Notes: generated by a model from the sequence alone, not told the origin. Numbered from the stretch's first letter, positions 41,579-52,812 are shown. The stretch is 64,000 bases of DNA from Terriglobia bacterium (GCA_965218585.1 CBDCLE010000017.1:96001-160000); one strand, 5' to 3'. A program made the numbers and translations.

Positions 41579-43695
41579 TTGCTTCAGTTCATTCACCGCC
41601 GTCTGCGTTCGAGACCACGACCTGCAAAGTTTGCGATCTTCACTGTGTGTCTGGCCACGGTATTCCTGTCGTGGACTCATTTTTCAGATGCGCAGCAACT
41701 CGATCTGGTGATGGATATCCCGGAGGCGCCGGCTTTTTCGAGTGACACCCTCAATGCTCTTCCGACGGACGGATGGCTGACCAACGGCGGTAACCTCGCC
41801 AACCAACGCTATTCCCCTCTCACACAGATCACTCAGGAAAACGTCGGAGACCTCAAGGCTGTCTGGAGGACTCACCTGGACGCATCGGGTTCCGGCCCCC
41901 GTTATTCAGGGGAAGCTTCCCCGATCGTTCATGAAGGCGTTGTTTACATCCCTACCGGAGAAGACGATGTGTTTGCGTTGAGCGTCGAAACCGGTGAGAT
42001 CGTTTGGAAATACCAGGCCCGTTTAGATCAGACCATCGACACGGTCTGCTGCGGATGGTCCAGCCGGGGTGTCGCTCTGGGCGATGGGAAGGTGTACGTC
42101 GGGCAGCTCGACGGCAAACTCGTGGCTTTGGATCAACAGAGCGGAGACATTGAATGGTCGACGCAGGCCGAACGCTGGGAAGAGGGTTACACCATTACGA
42201 GCGCGCCTCTCTATTACAACGGTCTGGTCATCACCGGCTTCGCTGGCGCGGAGCGCGCCACGCGCGGTCGCGTCAAGGCTTACGATGCCGACAACGGCTC
42301 GCTCGTCTGGACTTTCTATGTCGTTCCCGGCCCCGGTGAACCCGGGAACGAAACGTGGCCTCAAGACAATGAGGCCTGGCGTTACGGCGGGGGGACAGTT
42401 TGGCAAACCCCGGCTGTAGATCCGGACCTCGGCATGATCTATTTCTCGACGGCAAACGCGAATCCGGACCTCGACGGTTTCTTATCGGGCAGGAGACAAT
42501 CTGTACACGTCTTCTGTCGTCGCATTGGACGTCACGACGGGCGAATACCGCTGGCACTACCAGACCGTCCACCACGACATCTGGGACTATGACATGTCAA
42601 CTCCGGTGGTCCTGTTTGACGTCGAGATCGACGGCCGCGAGCGCCAGGGACTGGCCGCAACGAGCAAGACCGGATGGTTGTACATCCTGGACCGCACAGA
42701 CGGAGAACCGCTGATCGGGATTGAAGAACGGCCGGTACCCCAGGAACCCCGGCAGGCGACCTCCGCAACACAGCCTTATCCCGTCGGTGACGCCTTCGTT
42801 CCACAGAGCGTGGACATCGCACCCGAAGGCTTCGCGCTCGTCAATGGAGGCCGCATTTTCACGCCGTTCTGGACAGAACGTATCGTGCTCAAGCCTTCGG
42901 CTCTGGGCGGAGCCAATTGGCCACCGTCCTCCTATGACCCCGAAAACCAGACCTATTTTGTTTGCGCAAACGACAAGTACCAGAGCCTCGCTTATTCAAT
43001 TCCCGTCAACAATGAGGACCCCGAGCCCGGGGAGATGCGTGCGGGAGGGTCACTGGGGGGTGAGGTCCCACTGCCCACGTTCGGCATTCTGGCGGCGATG
43101 GATGTGACGACAAACCGCATGGTCTGGCAACAAAAGTGGGCCGACTTTTGTTACAGCGGGTCTGCCGTAACGGCCACGGGCGTGCTCTTTATCGGCCGCG
43201 ACGACGGACGGTTCACAGCGCTGGACACCGAGGACGGCTCACTCTTGTGGGAGTTTCAAACCGGTGCCGGAGTCAACGCTCCGCCGGCGGTCTTCGAATA
43301 CGAGGGCACTCAGTACGTCGTCGCGTATTCGGCCGGCAACTTGTTTGCCGGATCGCCCAAGGGTGACAGCGTGTGGCTGTTTTCCCTGAACGGCACACTC
43401 GAACCGGTTGCTCCGCCCACTAACGTTGCCGGCCGCGGTGCGGCACCTGCTGCGGCCCGTCCGGCGGATCCAGATCTGGGACGTTTGGTCTACACGCAAA
43501 CCTGCTTGTTCTGTCACGGCTCCGAAGGAGCGGGCGGACACGGCGGTCCCCCCATAGAGAGCGTTTTTTGACGAAACAACGGCAGCCGGACTCATCCGGG
43601 CCGGTCGGAACGATATGCCCGCTTTCGGCACACTTCTGACGGAACAGGAAATCGCCGACGTGTCTGCATACATCATCACGGAGTTGGGCCAATAG
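41579..43695 (+). CDS. PQQ-dependent dehydrogenase with C-terminal cytochrome c (quinohemoprotein); two homopolymer frameshifts
   Basis: RYSPLTQIT, vicinal CC, GAE, GGTVW, HHDIWDYD, GGANW, CLFCH and distal MPAF; extra T near 42479 and near 43566. Confidence 0.85.
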
Positions 43696-43728
43696 AAGAG
43701 GGTGGGGGGAGCGCCGAAGGAACCGCGA

Positions 43729-45345
43729 ATGCATCAAGGCATCGGATTGACAATTCTTACGGTCTTCGCACTTCTTATTTCGGCGTGCGGTTCCCCGCCC
43801 GTACTCCAGTTGATAGAAATCACCGAAAGACCGAGTGATACCGTTCCTCTGGCAAGCCTGCTCACACTGCAAACCGATCAACCGACGACGGTCTCGCTGG
43901 AGTTCAGTGATGGGGAACGTAGCTGGGATGTGGAGCCGGAATCGGAGTTGGCAACCCGCCACGAGATCCCCCTGATCGGGATGCGCCCAAACCGGACTCA
44001 CAACCTACGCGTGGAGGTCATCGACCAGGGGGGGCGTATCGCAGCATCCCAACCCCTGGAGATCACGACGCCTCCACTTCCGGAAGACTTCCCTCCTCTG
44101 GAGACCCGAATCAGCGAACCGGAACTCATGGAGCCGGGTTTTACGATGTTCAACCTGACCAACCGGAACTCCGATGGCCGGGACGAGACCGGACCGCTCG
44201 TGATCGTGGATGAGGCTGGTGAGGTTGTCTGGTACTACTGGACCGACCATCTCGTGGGCGATGCTCGCAGGCTTCGGAACGGAAACATCCTGTATCAGTC
44301 AGGGCGGGACGGCCGGATTTACGAGATCGACATGCTGGGCAACGTCATCTCCCAATGGACGTCCGATCGGACGTTCGAAGAACTCGTGCTCCCTGGGAAC
44401 ATTCCGGTCAACACGGATACGTTTCACCACGACGCATTCGAAACCGCTTCAGGAAATATTCTCGCGATCAGCTCGGAGCTTCGAAATTTCGACGATTTTC
44501 CGAGCAGTGATACCGATCCAAACGCGTCACGATTGACCTCGGAAGTCGTCGGGGACGTCCTCGTCGAATTCGGCCGCGACGGCCAGTTGCTTCGCGAAGT
44601 AAGACTCCTGGACGTTCTCGATCCTCTCCGCATCAGCTACAACTCGCTCGGCGCCGGATACTGGACTTCCGTCTACGGTCAGCCCGAAGGTCTTCCCAGG
44701 CGGGATTGGGCGCACACCAACGCGGTCGTGATGGATGCGAGCGAAACCTACGCCATTGCGTCCATGCGACACCAGGACGCCGTGGTCAAGATCAACATGG
44801 ACACTGGAGAGCTCGGGTGGATCCTCGGGGATCACGGCGGATGGGGCCCCGAATGGCAGGAGTATCTGCTGGAACCGGTTGGCGGTCTTGTCTGGCCCTA
44901 TCACCAGCACGCACCGATGATCACGCCCGCAGGCAACATCTTGATGTTCGACAACGGGAACAATCGGGCGGTAGCGTTCGAGGAGCGTGTCCCGATTGAG
45001 GACTCTTTCAGTCGCGCAGTCGAGTACGCCGTGGACGAAGACAATATGACCGTGACCCAGGTCTGGTCTTATGGCGGCGGACCGGAAGACAAAACCTACT
45101 TTGCAAACTTCGTCAGCGACGCCGACTGGATGACGGATACCGGCAACGTCCTGATCGATTTTGGAGGACTGGTCTCGGACGACGAGGGCCGATTCGTCGC
45201 GGGCGGTACGCACAACTGGACACGTATCGTTGAAGTGACCCACGAGACACCGGCCAGGAAAGTCTTTGAACTCTTTGTAAACGCAGAACCACCCGAAGGA
45301 TGGTTCTCGTTCCGCGCGGAACGTATCCCCAGCGTCTATCCATAG
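43729..45345 (+). CDS. Aryl-sulfate sulfotransferase (ASST) lipoprotein
   Basis: Lipobox ISAC; FHHD, DWAHTNA, SMRHQ, HQH, FDNG, SRAVEY. Confidence 0.85.
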   Translation: MHQGIGLTILTVFALLISACGSPPVLQLIEITERPSDTVPLASLLTLQTDQPTTVSLEFSDGERSWDVEPESELATRHEIPLIGMRPNRTHNLRVEVIDQGGRIAASQPLEITTPPLPEDFPPLETRISEPELMEPGFTMFNLTNRNSDGRDETGPLVIVDEAGEVVWYYWTDHLVGDARRLRNGNILYQSGRDGRIYEIDMLGNVISQWTSDRTFEELVLPGNIPVNTDTFHHDAFETASGNILAISSELRNFDDFPSSDTDPNASRLTSEVVGDVLVEFGRDGQLLREVRLLDVLDPLRISYNSLGAGYWTSVYGQPEGLPRRDWAHTNAVVMDASETYAIASMRHQDAVVKINMDTGELGWILGDHGGWGPEWQEYLLEPVGGLVWPYHQHAPMITPAGNILMFDNGNNRAVAFEERVPIEDSFSRAVEYAVDEDNMTVTQVWSYGGGPEDKTYFANFVSDADWMTDTGNVLIDFGGLVSDDEGRFVAGGTHNWTRIVEVTHETPARKVFELFVNAEPPEGWFSFRAERIPSVYP

Positions 45346-45362
45346 CAAGACCGCTAAGTGGC

Positions 45363-45845
45363 CTAAGACTTCACGAACTCCACAACCCCCAGGACGTCCT
45401 GCCATACCAGCCGGCCGATCGGTCCCGAGCTGTAGACGCCGACCATGATCTTGCCGTCGGGACGCAAAAGGTATCCCGTGCCGTGGAGAATCCCTCGCTT
45501 TTCCTCGTAGAAGGCTCCTGTAAGGCCGGACACCTCCTTGAAATCCAGGCCGTAACCTACGGGAAAATTGATTCCGCACTCTTCGATCGTTTTCTGTGCA
45601 TTTTCCTCCGAATCCACGGAGGCGGCCACCACCCTGACGCCCTCGTCGCTTAGCTTACTGGCCTTCGCGAAAGCAGTCAGCTGCTGGCGGCAGTACGGTC
45701 ACCAATGCCCCCGATACAGGAGAACGACTCCAAAACTGTCGGCAAGCTCATCGGGAAGACTGAGCGTTCCGCCTCCGACTCTCTGGATTTCGAGCTTTGG
45801 AAAATCATCTCCCGAATCCAATATTTTTGTCCCTTCTGTGGGCAT
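45363..45845 (-). CDS. Selenocysteine-containing peroxiredoxin-like (AhpC/TSA) protein, 160 aa
   Basis: RBS GAGGAG, ATG 45845, in-frame TGA at 45699-45701 in YRGHW-U-PYC, frame continues into ORF 45363-45632; SECIS-like hairpin follows. Confidence 0.9.
45652..45682 (-). promoter_or_regulatory. Bacterial SECIS element candidate
   Basis: AGCT-G-ACTG-CTTT-(CGCG)-AAGG-C-CAGT-A-AGCT; apical loop starts 30 nt after the UGA with G at loop position 2. Confidence 0.7.
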
Positions 45846-45888
45846 ATATAACTCCTCGTGAGAACGTTACGAACTTCTGCGATTTACA

Positions 45889-46620
45889 TTAGATCAGGAC
45901 GCGCAAAAGGACAATCATACCGGATACGAATGAGAGGCCGAGTACCAGTGGTCGAATGATTCCGTCCGACATCCGGTCGCGCAACGGTGCTGCCAGCCAG
46001 AAACCCAGTGCCATCGGTGGAGCTAAGAATAGAGACAGAACGAGTTCTTCAGCCCCGAAGCGGCCGATAAAGAACAAGACCGTGAGAGAAATAGCGCCCC
46101 CTAGCAGAAAATACCCGGCCAGCGTTCCGCGCAGGCGCGATGCTCCCGAACTCTGATAGAGGAGCGCCATAGGAGGGCCGCCTATGGAAGATATCGTTCC
46201 CATCAGACCCGACAACGTGCCCGCTATGACAGCATTCCTCCGGTTCGGCCGCGGACGAATGCCGGCGGCGCTCAAGATCACGGCGAACATCACAAGTACA
46301 GCGAAGGCGAGGTCGAACGAGGCTTCGGAGGCAACCAACAAGAATCCTGCCGCACCCGCCGTACCCACCACTCGCCCGATGAGGGAAAACGTCACACCGG
46401 ACACATCAACGTGCTGATGGTCTCGAATCAGGATGAAAGCCGTCAGAACCATCCCCGCGGCCATCATGGGTCCGGGCACGAATGGTCCATAGATCAGCAG
46501 CAAGAGCGGGGCCGCAACCAATGCAAGACCAAACCCCGCCGCAGATTGAACGACAGCGGCTATCGTGGCAATCGCGAATACGGCAATGGCTTCGACCGGA
46601 CCCAGCGGAAAGGAAAACAT
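45889..46620 (-). CDS. TauE/SafE family sulfite exporter
   Basis: Multi-pass membrane protein with AGFGLALVAAP and SIGGPP repeats; start uncertain. Confidence 0.85.
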   Translation of the reverse strand: MFSFPLGPVEAIAVFAIATIAAVVQSAAGFGLALVAAPLLLLIYGPFVPGPMMAAGMVLTAFILIRDHQHVDVSGVTFSLIGRVVGTAGAAGFLLVASEASFDLAFAVLVMFAVILSAAGIRPRPNRRNAVIAGTLSGLMGTISSIGGPPMALLYQSSGASRLRGTLAGYFLLGGAISLTVLFFIGRFGAEELVLSLFLAPPMALGFWLAAPLRDRMSDGIIRPLVLGLSFVSGMIVLLRVLI

Positions 46621-46924
46621 TGAGTGGGCATCCTGCATGATTCGTGACAAAGAATCCAGTACGGGTTCAACTACGGTTTAAAAAGGTCCGGACAATCTGT
46701 CACGAGCGGGAACCCTTGAGGTTAATAGTGACATGGAAATTCACCCTGTGATGGCCTCATTCCGCGTAACATGCTGGAATTACGGAACTAGATTTGGCCC
46801 ATCAGTTGCTTCCTCAAGAATCGGGCTCTACGACGTGGTGGAGAGTTCCTCGTCGGTCTGAGTCCCTTTCTGGAGAGCCGTTGAGGCATACTTTCCAGAG
46901 ACCGAACATGCTTCAGGAGAAGTG

Positions 46925-49261
46925 ATGGCTATTTTTCGTAGAGACTTTCTGAAATACGCGGGTACCGGCATGGCACTGCTGCCGGTAGAGACACTATGGG
47001 AATCGGGCACGACGCTCGCTCAAGTCGAAGCGCCGGGGCTGGACCCCAGACTGACCTGGTCGAAGGCACCCTGCCGGTTCTGCGGAGTCGGATGCGGCGT
47101 CATGGTCGGCGCCGAGGATGGAGTTGTCAAGGCAGTGGCGGGCGACGAACTGAGCCCGGTGAACCGTGGGCTTCTCTGCGTCAAGGGATACAGTCTGCCC
47201 GCTGTTCTCTACGGTGAAGACCGCCTCCTCTATCCCCAGATCCGAACGTCCAATGGACTCAGGCGAGCCACCTGGGATGAGGCCCTCGATCTGATCGCCG
47301 CACGATACTCCGAGACGCTGGATCAATCCGGCCCCGAATCTGTTGCGATTTACGGATCCGGCCAGTGGACGCTTTCCGACGGGTATGTTGCCAGCAAGTG
47401 GTTCCGCGCCGGCATGGGATCCAATAACGTCGAGTCCAACGCCCGACTTTGCATGGCCAGCGCGGTCACGGGATTCATTACGAGTTTCGGTATGGACGAA
47501 CCCATGGGCAACTACGACGATCTGGAAGCGGCCGACGTTCTGGTGCTCTGGGGCAACAACATGGCGGAGAACCACCCGGTCCTGTTCTCAAGAATCATTG
47601 AATCGAAGCGCATCAGACCGGAGGTGCAGATCATCGACATCGGGACCCGCCGGACTCCTACGACGGATTATGCCGACCAGTTCGTGGGAATACAGCCAAA
47701 TGGGGACCTTGCACTGGCCAACGCCATCGCGCAGGTCATTGTCGCCTCCGACAGGATCGACCGTGATTTCATTAACGATCACACGGTCTTCCGGCGCGGG
47801 CGGGAAAACATCGGCTACGGCCTGGAAGACAAGTTTGTTTTCAACGATCAGCCCGAGGCCATGACCCTGGAGGAATTCCGAGCCTATCTCGAACCGTATG
47901 CTCCCGAACAGGCAGCCGCCCCGAGCGGTATTCCGGCCGAGCAGATCCGTCAGATCGCCGAACTCTATGCCGATCCTTCCAGGAAGGTCGTCTCTCTCTG
48001 GTGTATGGGAATGAACCAGCACGTGCGCGGCACCTGGATCAACAACCTTGTAAACAATCTCCATCTGTTGACGGGAAAGATAGCCAAACCCGGCAACAAC
48101 CCGTTTTCATTGACCGGGCAACCCAGCGCCTGCGGTACGGTGCGCGAAGTGGGTACGCTTGCGCACCGTCTGCCGGCCGACATGGTCGTCACCAACCCCG
48201 AACACAGGCAGACGGCGGCCGATATCTGGGATGTCCCGGTTGAGCAAATACCCCCGACTCCGGGATACAACACCGTTGAAATGTTCCGCGCCCTGGATCG
48301 GGGAGACATTCGCACCATGTGGATTCAAGTGACTAACCCGATGGTGACGATGCCGCATCTTTCCAGATATCGCAGCGCTGCGGAAAAGGAAGACCGTTTC
48401 ATCGTAGTCTCGGAGGTATATCCCACACCCACGACGGAGATTGCTGATGTTGTCCTCCCCTCTGCCATGTGGGTGGAACGCAGTGGCATGTTCGGAAACT
48501 CGGAACGCCGGACGCAGCAATGGTTCCAGGCTGCAACTCCGCCGGGAGAAGCCCGTTCCGACGTATGGCAACTCATGGAAGTTGCACGCCGGATGGGATA
48601 TGACGACCTCTTCGACTACAGCGATGACTACGAGCGCGAAATCTTCAACGAATACCGTCAGTTTACGCTCGGCCGCGGCCACGACCTTGCCGAGTACGAC
48701 GATTACGTAGAGAACCGGGGATTGCGCTGGCCAGTCGTTGATGGACAGGAAACCGCCTATCGTTACGCAGAAGGATCCGATCCCTACGTTCCGGCAGGCG
48801 AGTCCTTCAGGTTTTACGGCAACGAAGCAACCGACGGACGTGCTGTTATCTGGGCTCGGCCCTATGAGCCACCGGCCGAAATCGTCGATGATGACTACCC
48901 GTTCTGGTTATCGACCGGCCGGGTTCTCGAACACTGGCACACCGGCAGCATGACGCGCCGAGTGGGACCACTGCACGGAGCCGTCAGTGAAACCTATGTG
49001 GAATTGAATCCGGACGATGCGCGCGATATGGGCATCCAATCGGGGAACAGCGTCCGTCTGGTGAGCCGGCGTGGAGAAATTGTCCTTCCGGCCAGCATCG
49101 ATGGCCGGGGACAGCCCCAACGCAGGATGGTTTTCGTTCCCTTCTTTGAAGAAGCGAAGCTGATCAACCAACTGACACTGGATGCCTACTGTCCGATATC
49201 CAAGCAGCCGGACTACAAGAAGTGCGCTGTACGTGTCGAGAAGGTGGGGAACACGGCATGA
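46925..49261 (+). CDS. napA: Periplasmic nitrate reductase catalytic subunit
   Basis: Tat signal RRDFLK, CRFCGVGC...C cluster, GSGQW, NARLCMASA, GQPSACGTVRE, TGRVLEHWHTGSMT, QPDYKKCAV. Confidence 0.93.
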   Translation: MAIFRRDFLKYAGTGMALLPVETLWESGTTLAQVEAPGLDPRLTWSKAPCRFCGVGCGVMVGAEDGVVKAVAGDELSPVNRGLLCVKGYSLPAVLYGEDRLLYPQIRTSNGLRRATWDEALDLIAARYSETLDQSGPESVAIYGSGQWTLSDGYVASKWFRAGMGSNNVESNARLCMASAVTGFITSFGMDEPMGNYDDLEAADVLVLWGNNMAENHPVLFSRIIESKRIRPEVQIIDIGTRRTPTTDYADQFVGIQPNGDLALANAIAQVIVASDRIDRDFINDHTVFRRGRENIGYGLEDKFVFNDQPEAMTLEEFRAYLEPYAPEQAAAPSGIPAEQIRQIAELYADPSRKVVSLWCMGMNQHVRGTWINNLVNNLHLLTGKIAKPGNNPFSLTGQPSACGTVREVGTLAHRLPADMVVTNPEHRQTAADIWDVPVEQIPPTPGYNTVEMFRALDRGDIRTMWIQVTNPMVTMPHLSRYRSAAEKEDRFIVVSEVYPTPTTEIADVVLPSAMWVERSGMFGNSERRTQQWFQAATPPGEARSDVWQLMEVARRMGYDDLFDYSDDYEREIFNEYRQFTLGRGHDLAEYDDYVENRGLRWPVVDGQETAYRYAEGSDPYVPAGESFRFYGNEATDGRAVIWARPYEPPAEIVDDDYPFWLSTGRVLEHWHTGSMTRRVGPLHGAVSETYVELNPDDARDMGIQSGNSVRLVSRRGEIVLPASIDGRGQPQRRMVFVPFFEEAKLINQLTLDAYCPISKQPDYKKCAVRVEKVGNTA

Positions 49262-49773
49262 TCTTCGGACGTTTCATCGTCGTTGTCTTCGCCCTGTTGC
49301 TCTTTGGCCTGGGAGGTGAGGCACAGGAGGTGGGTCCCGACAACGGGAACGATGGGCGCAACCTGCGTCCACGCCGCCTCTACTTCGGTGCGCCACCGGC
49401 CGCCCCTCACGAGACCGGTGGTTTCATGAGCGATTGCCTTCTCTGCCACGGCCCGAGTTCTTTCGCACCTGAAACACCGCACCCGACTCGAATCGCCTGC
49501 CGGCAGTGTCACGTGAGCGGTGCGACCGATATAATCCCGTTCCGCTCGAGCCGGTTCATCGGCCTGTCACGTCCTCCTCGTAGTGCCCGGCTCGGACCCG
49601 AAGGGCCGCCCCTGATGGCCCATTCTCCTCTACTGCATGAGAACTGCCTCGCCTGCCATGCTCCCGGGGCACGCGAAGCCGTCATATCCACTCCGCACCC
49701 AGAACGGACACGGTGCCAGCAGTGCCATCTCCCACAGGGGGCTAACGCGCCGGAGTTCCGCCCGACCCAGTAA
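49258..49773 (+). CDS. napB: NapB-like cytochrome c with four hemes (internally duplicated)
   Basis: ATGA overlap with napA; signal peptide; two repeats of PPxxxH-CLxCH-TPHPxRxxCxQCH. Confidence 0.8.
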   Translation: MIFGRFIVVVFALLLFGLGGEAQEVGPDNGNDGRNLRPRRLYFGAPPAAPHETGGFMSDCLLCHGPSSFAPETPHPTRIACRQCHVSGATDIIPFRSSRFIGLSRPPRSARLGPEGPPLMAHSPLLHENCLACHAPGAREAVISTPHPERTRCQQCHLPQGANAPEFRPTQ

Positions 49774-49796
49774 GGGAACGGCCTCACTGTCCTCAG

Positions 49797-51989
49797 TCAA
49801 AAATTGAACAAGTTCGTGAACTTGACGATGAGAGCGCGATCGGTGGCCTGATTGCGTTCAGTGTCCCGCACGTCGTTGTAAACGATGAAAAGATCGCTCA
49901 GGGGACTATGAATGATGTTGAAGCGAATATTCGAACTCAGTTGGTGCCGGTCGGCGTTGTACTGCACAAAGGCGTTCAGAAACGCCCGCGCCGTGAACGC
50001 ATAGGTAAAGCGGGCCGCGACAAGGTCGGTCGTGAACTTTCCAGCGGGAAGCGAGATTCGGTTGTGGGTGTAGTCCAGTTCGATATTGACCCGATAATTG
50101 GGCCGGAAATTAAATCTAAAACCGATCGATTTCTGGTCTCCGTTCCAGAACTCACCCCAGTCAGCATCGATACGCCCTCCCAGGCTCGCACTCGTGTCAT
50201 TCCGGATGCTGAAGTCGTACCGCGTGTACTTGTAGTCGCCAGCAGGAATCACGATACCGGGTCGAATGGCAAAGTCCCGTGTCAGACGATCAAAGCTTTC
50301 CATCACGCTGAAATCAATCAAACCGCTGTTCTGGAAGTCGATGCCCAGACCCACCGACTGAGTTCGGGTTTCAACTTTTTCGGTGCTGCCGTTCTCGAAG
50401 TACTCCAGGTTGGCTTCGAAAACGAGATTCCGAATCGAATCGCTACTCTCGATGAGCGGATTCCACGCGATCTCGCCGGCATACTGGCTGATGTTCCGAC
50501 GCCGGACGAATCCCACTTCGGGATTGAAATTTGTCTGGATCTCGTTGTATTCGCCACCAATGACAAATTCATCGTCGCGTCAGGCCGTCTGAAATCTTCG
50601 TGCCTGATTCTCATCGGTCAATCCCGGCGTATCGCTCCCAAGAAGGTAAGCGTCGAATTCCAGCCGTTCGTAAAACTGGAAATGCGCGTCGGCTCCATAG
50701 ACACGGTTGTAGTCATCGGCCGCGCTCGAATTCCGGCTGGTCACAAGTCCTCCGACCCAGGAGTTGGTCATGAGGTTTCGTTTGAACCGACCGACAAAGT
50801 AATCGTTGGACGGTGTGCCCTCGACCGACTCCGTCTTCATAGCCAAAACGCCGACATCGTTCGGACCTAACTGGCCTGTCAGACGACCTCCTCCAACGAT
50901 CGGAATGGGACTGCCGTCCCCGCCCAGGCCGATTCGGCGACTGAAGAACGGAACCAGGTTCCCACCGGGACCAAAGGCAAATGTCCCTGAATTTTCCAGA
51001 AAAAACTCCCTCTTTTCCGGAAAGAAGAGATTGAACCGCGTCAGGTTGACCTGTTGCTGATCCACCTCGACCTGCGCAAAATCTGTTCTATATGTCGCAT
51101 CCAACGTAAGGGATGGCGTGAGCCCGTACTTGATGTCTATTCCACCGTCGAAATCGTAATCGGTGACCATGTCTCCAATTGCAGGATCCGAATTTCGACT
51201 CTGAGTAAACCCGGCTGACGCAAACGGCTTGACCTTCAAATTCCGGCCTTGACGAACGTCCTCCAGGCCACGGAGCGTCCCGGCCAGGGACATGCGAGTT
51301 TGACGGTAACGGACGGGAATGGGAGCCCACATGCTCTCTTCGTTGATCCGCCGAATACCCCGCGAGAGGTTGATGCCCCACTCCTGGGACTGGGAATTCG
51401 AAAATCGGAGCGTCTTAAAGGGAATACGAACCTCTACAATCCAGGCGTCACTGGTCTCGGTGATTTCAAAGTCCCACACCCCGTCCCAATCCCAATTGCT
51501 GGTCCCACCGTTGTTGGCCACCTGACCGTCACGCCGCCCGCCTCCAGGGTTGACGGCGAAAGCAAATCCAGAACGATCGTCATTCAAGCTGTCGATCATT
51601 ATGGCCAGGTTGTCGGACTCGCCGAAGGGGAAGTCGTCGGTGATGTGGTTCACTGTCAGCTGATCCATTTCGGAATCGAAACAGATAATGCCCACGTACA
51701 GATTGTCATCATCGTAGAGAAACCGGGTTTCGGTGGCTTCGGTGGCCGGTGACTCGGGGTTGGGCTGCCACTGCAGAAAGTCACCCGCAACCGCTGCCAC
51801 GGCCCATGCCGCTTCATCCAGGCGGCCGTCGAGGTTTATCGGTTCGGTGATTCGAACGGCATCCACGACTCTGGCGAGGTGCGCTGTGTCGTAATCAATA
51901 GGAACACTTTGGGGGGCGGAAGCTCGAGGAAACACCGGGACGGCACACAGGAGGAACGTAGCGAGAATTCGAACCAAGACCTTGATCAT
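49797..51989 (-). CDS. CBM9-like + DUF5916 outer-membrane protein with one in-frame TGA at 50580-50582
   Basis: LDGRLDEAAW, YDDDNLYV, EVRIPF, TDFAQVEVD, FFPEKREFFLE, FFSRRIG; C-terminal F; the two ORFs share a frame. Confidence 0.82.
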
Positions 51990-52020
51990 CTTACGTGAAC
52001 AGCCTAACAGATTTCCCTGT

Positions 52021-52812
52021 TCACTCCGGGGAGTCTCGGAGTCCCTCGGCGCAAGCAAACTCTCGGAGTTCGTCGTTCGGATAGGCTGCTTTTCTATAAG
52101 TGCGAGTCGCTTCCCAGGGTTCGACAAGTGCCACGGGATCGTAGACGACAATCCGATCCTCGAGGATATCGGGAGCAATGAACCGGATTCGCTCGGTCAC
52201 TCTCATCTGTTCGCTGTGAGGGGACGAACCGTCGATAAAAGAGTTTGTGCTCAGTGACACGGTTTCGACCACCAGCGTATCGCCTTCCCAATGGCCGGTC
52301 GAATAGCCGGCGTAGGTGGGGTCATTCAGAACGTCTTCGCTCACCTCACGCCCATCCAGATAAACGCGCCGCATCGCGTCCTGCCACTCGCTGAAGAAAG
52401 TGATCTTGTCGTCAGTCTGCATCACTTCCATGCCGTAGGACATGTTCATCATGTGTGGCATGCCTGGTGGAAGACAGTTTGCGATGTTGTCGTACTCGTA
52501 CGATCCGCTCATGCGGGATTCGCGGATAACTTCCCATCGGGCCATATACTCGGCCCTAAGCCGGGGAGCATTGGGGGAAGGCCCGCCTGACAGGTCACCG
52601 ACCGGAGCAGGCCGGGGAGGTGGAAGAGGGCCCTGCGGTTGATTTGCCAGTGCGCCACCCCGACCCTGCTGAAACGGATAATACACGCCCGAAAAGTCAT
52701 GTGCGGTTGTGGATTCTCCGGCAGAATCCTGAGCGCTCGCGCTCCCCGATATCAGGACAACCACGCCCAGAAAAGCCACGATCCACGATGCCCAAACGAT
52801 GGTTTTTTGCAT
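52021..52812 (-). CDS. Exported hypothetical protein, DUF6152-associated family
   Basis: Signal peptide; CLPPGMP, GYSTGHWEGDTLVVET, PHS, EFAC. Confidence 0.75.
   Translation of the reverse strand: MQKTIVWASWIVAFLGVVVLISGSASAQDSAGESTTAHDFSGVYYPFQQGRGGALANQPQGPLPPPRPAPVGDLSGGPSPNAPRLRAEYMARWEVIRESRMSGSYEYDNIANCLPPGMPHMMNMSYGMEVMQTDDKITFFSEWQDAMRRVYLDGREVSEDVLNDPTYAGYSTGHWEGDTLVVETVSLSTNSFIDGSSPHSEQMRVTERIRFIAPDILEDRIVVYDPVALVEPWEATRTYRKAAYPNDELREFACAEGLRDSPE

Noticed and set aside
46640-46920. FNR/CRP or NarL sites upstream of napA
   Set aside because: Only partial half-sites with wrong spacing
50580-50582. In-frame TGA in the DUF5916 gene as a second selenocysteine
   Set aside because: Context FQTA*RDD in a barrel strand fits Trp (TGG to TGA); no redox motif and no convincing SECIS, so a nonsense change or base error is more likely
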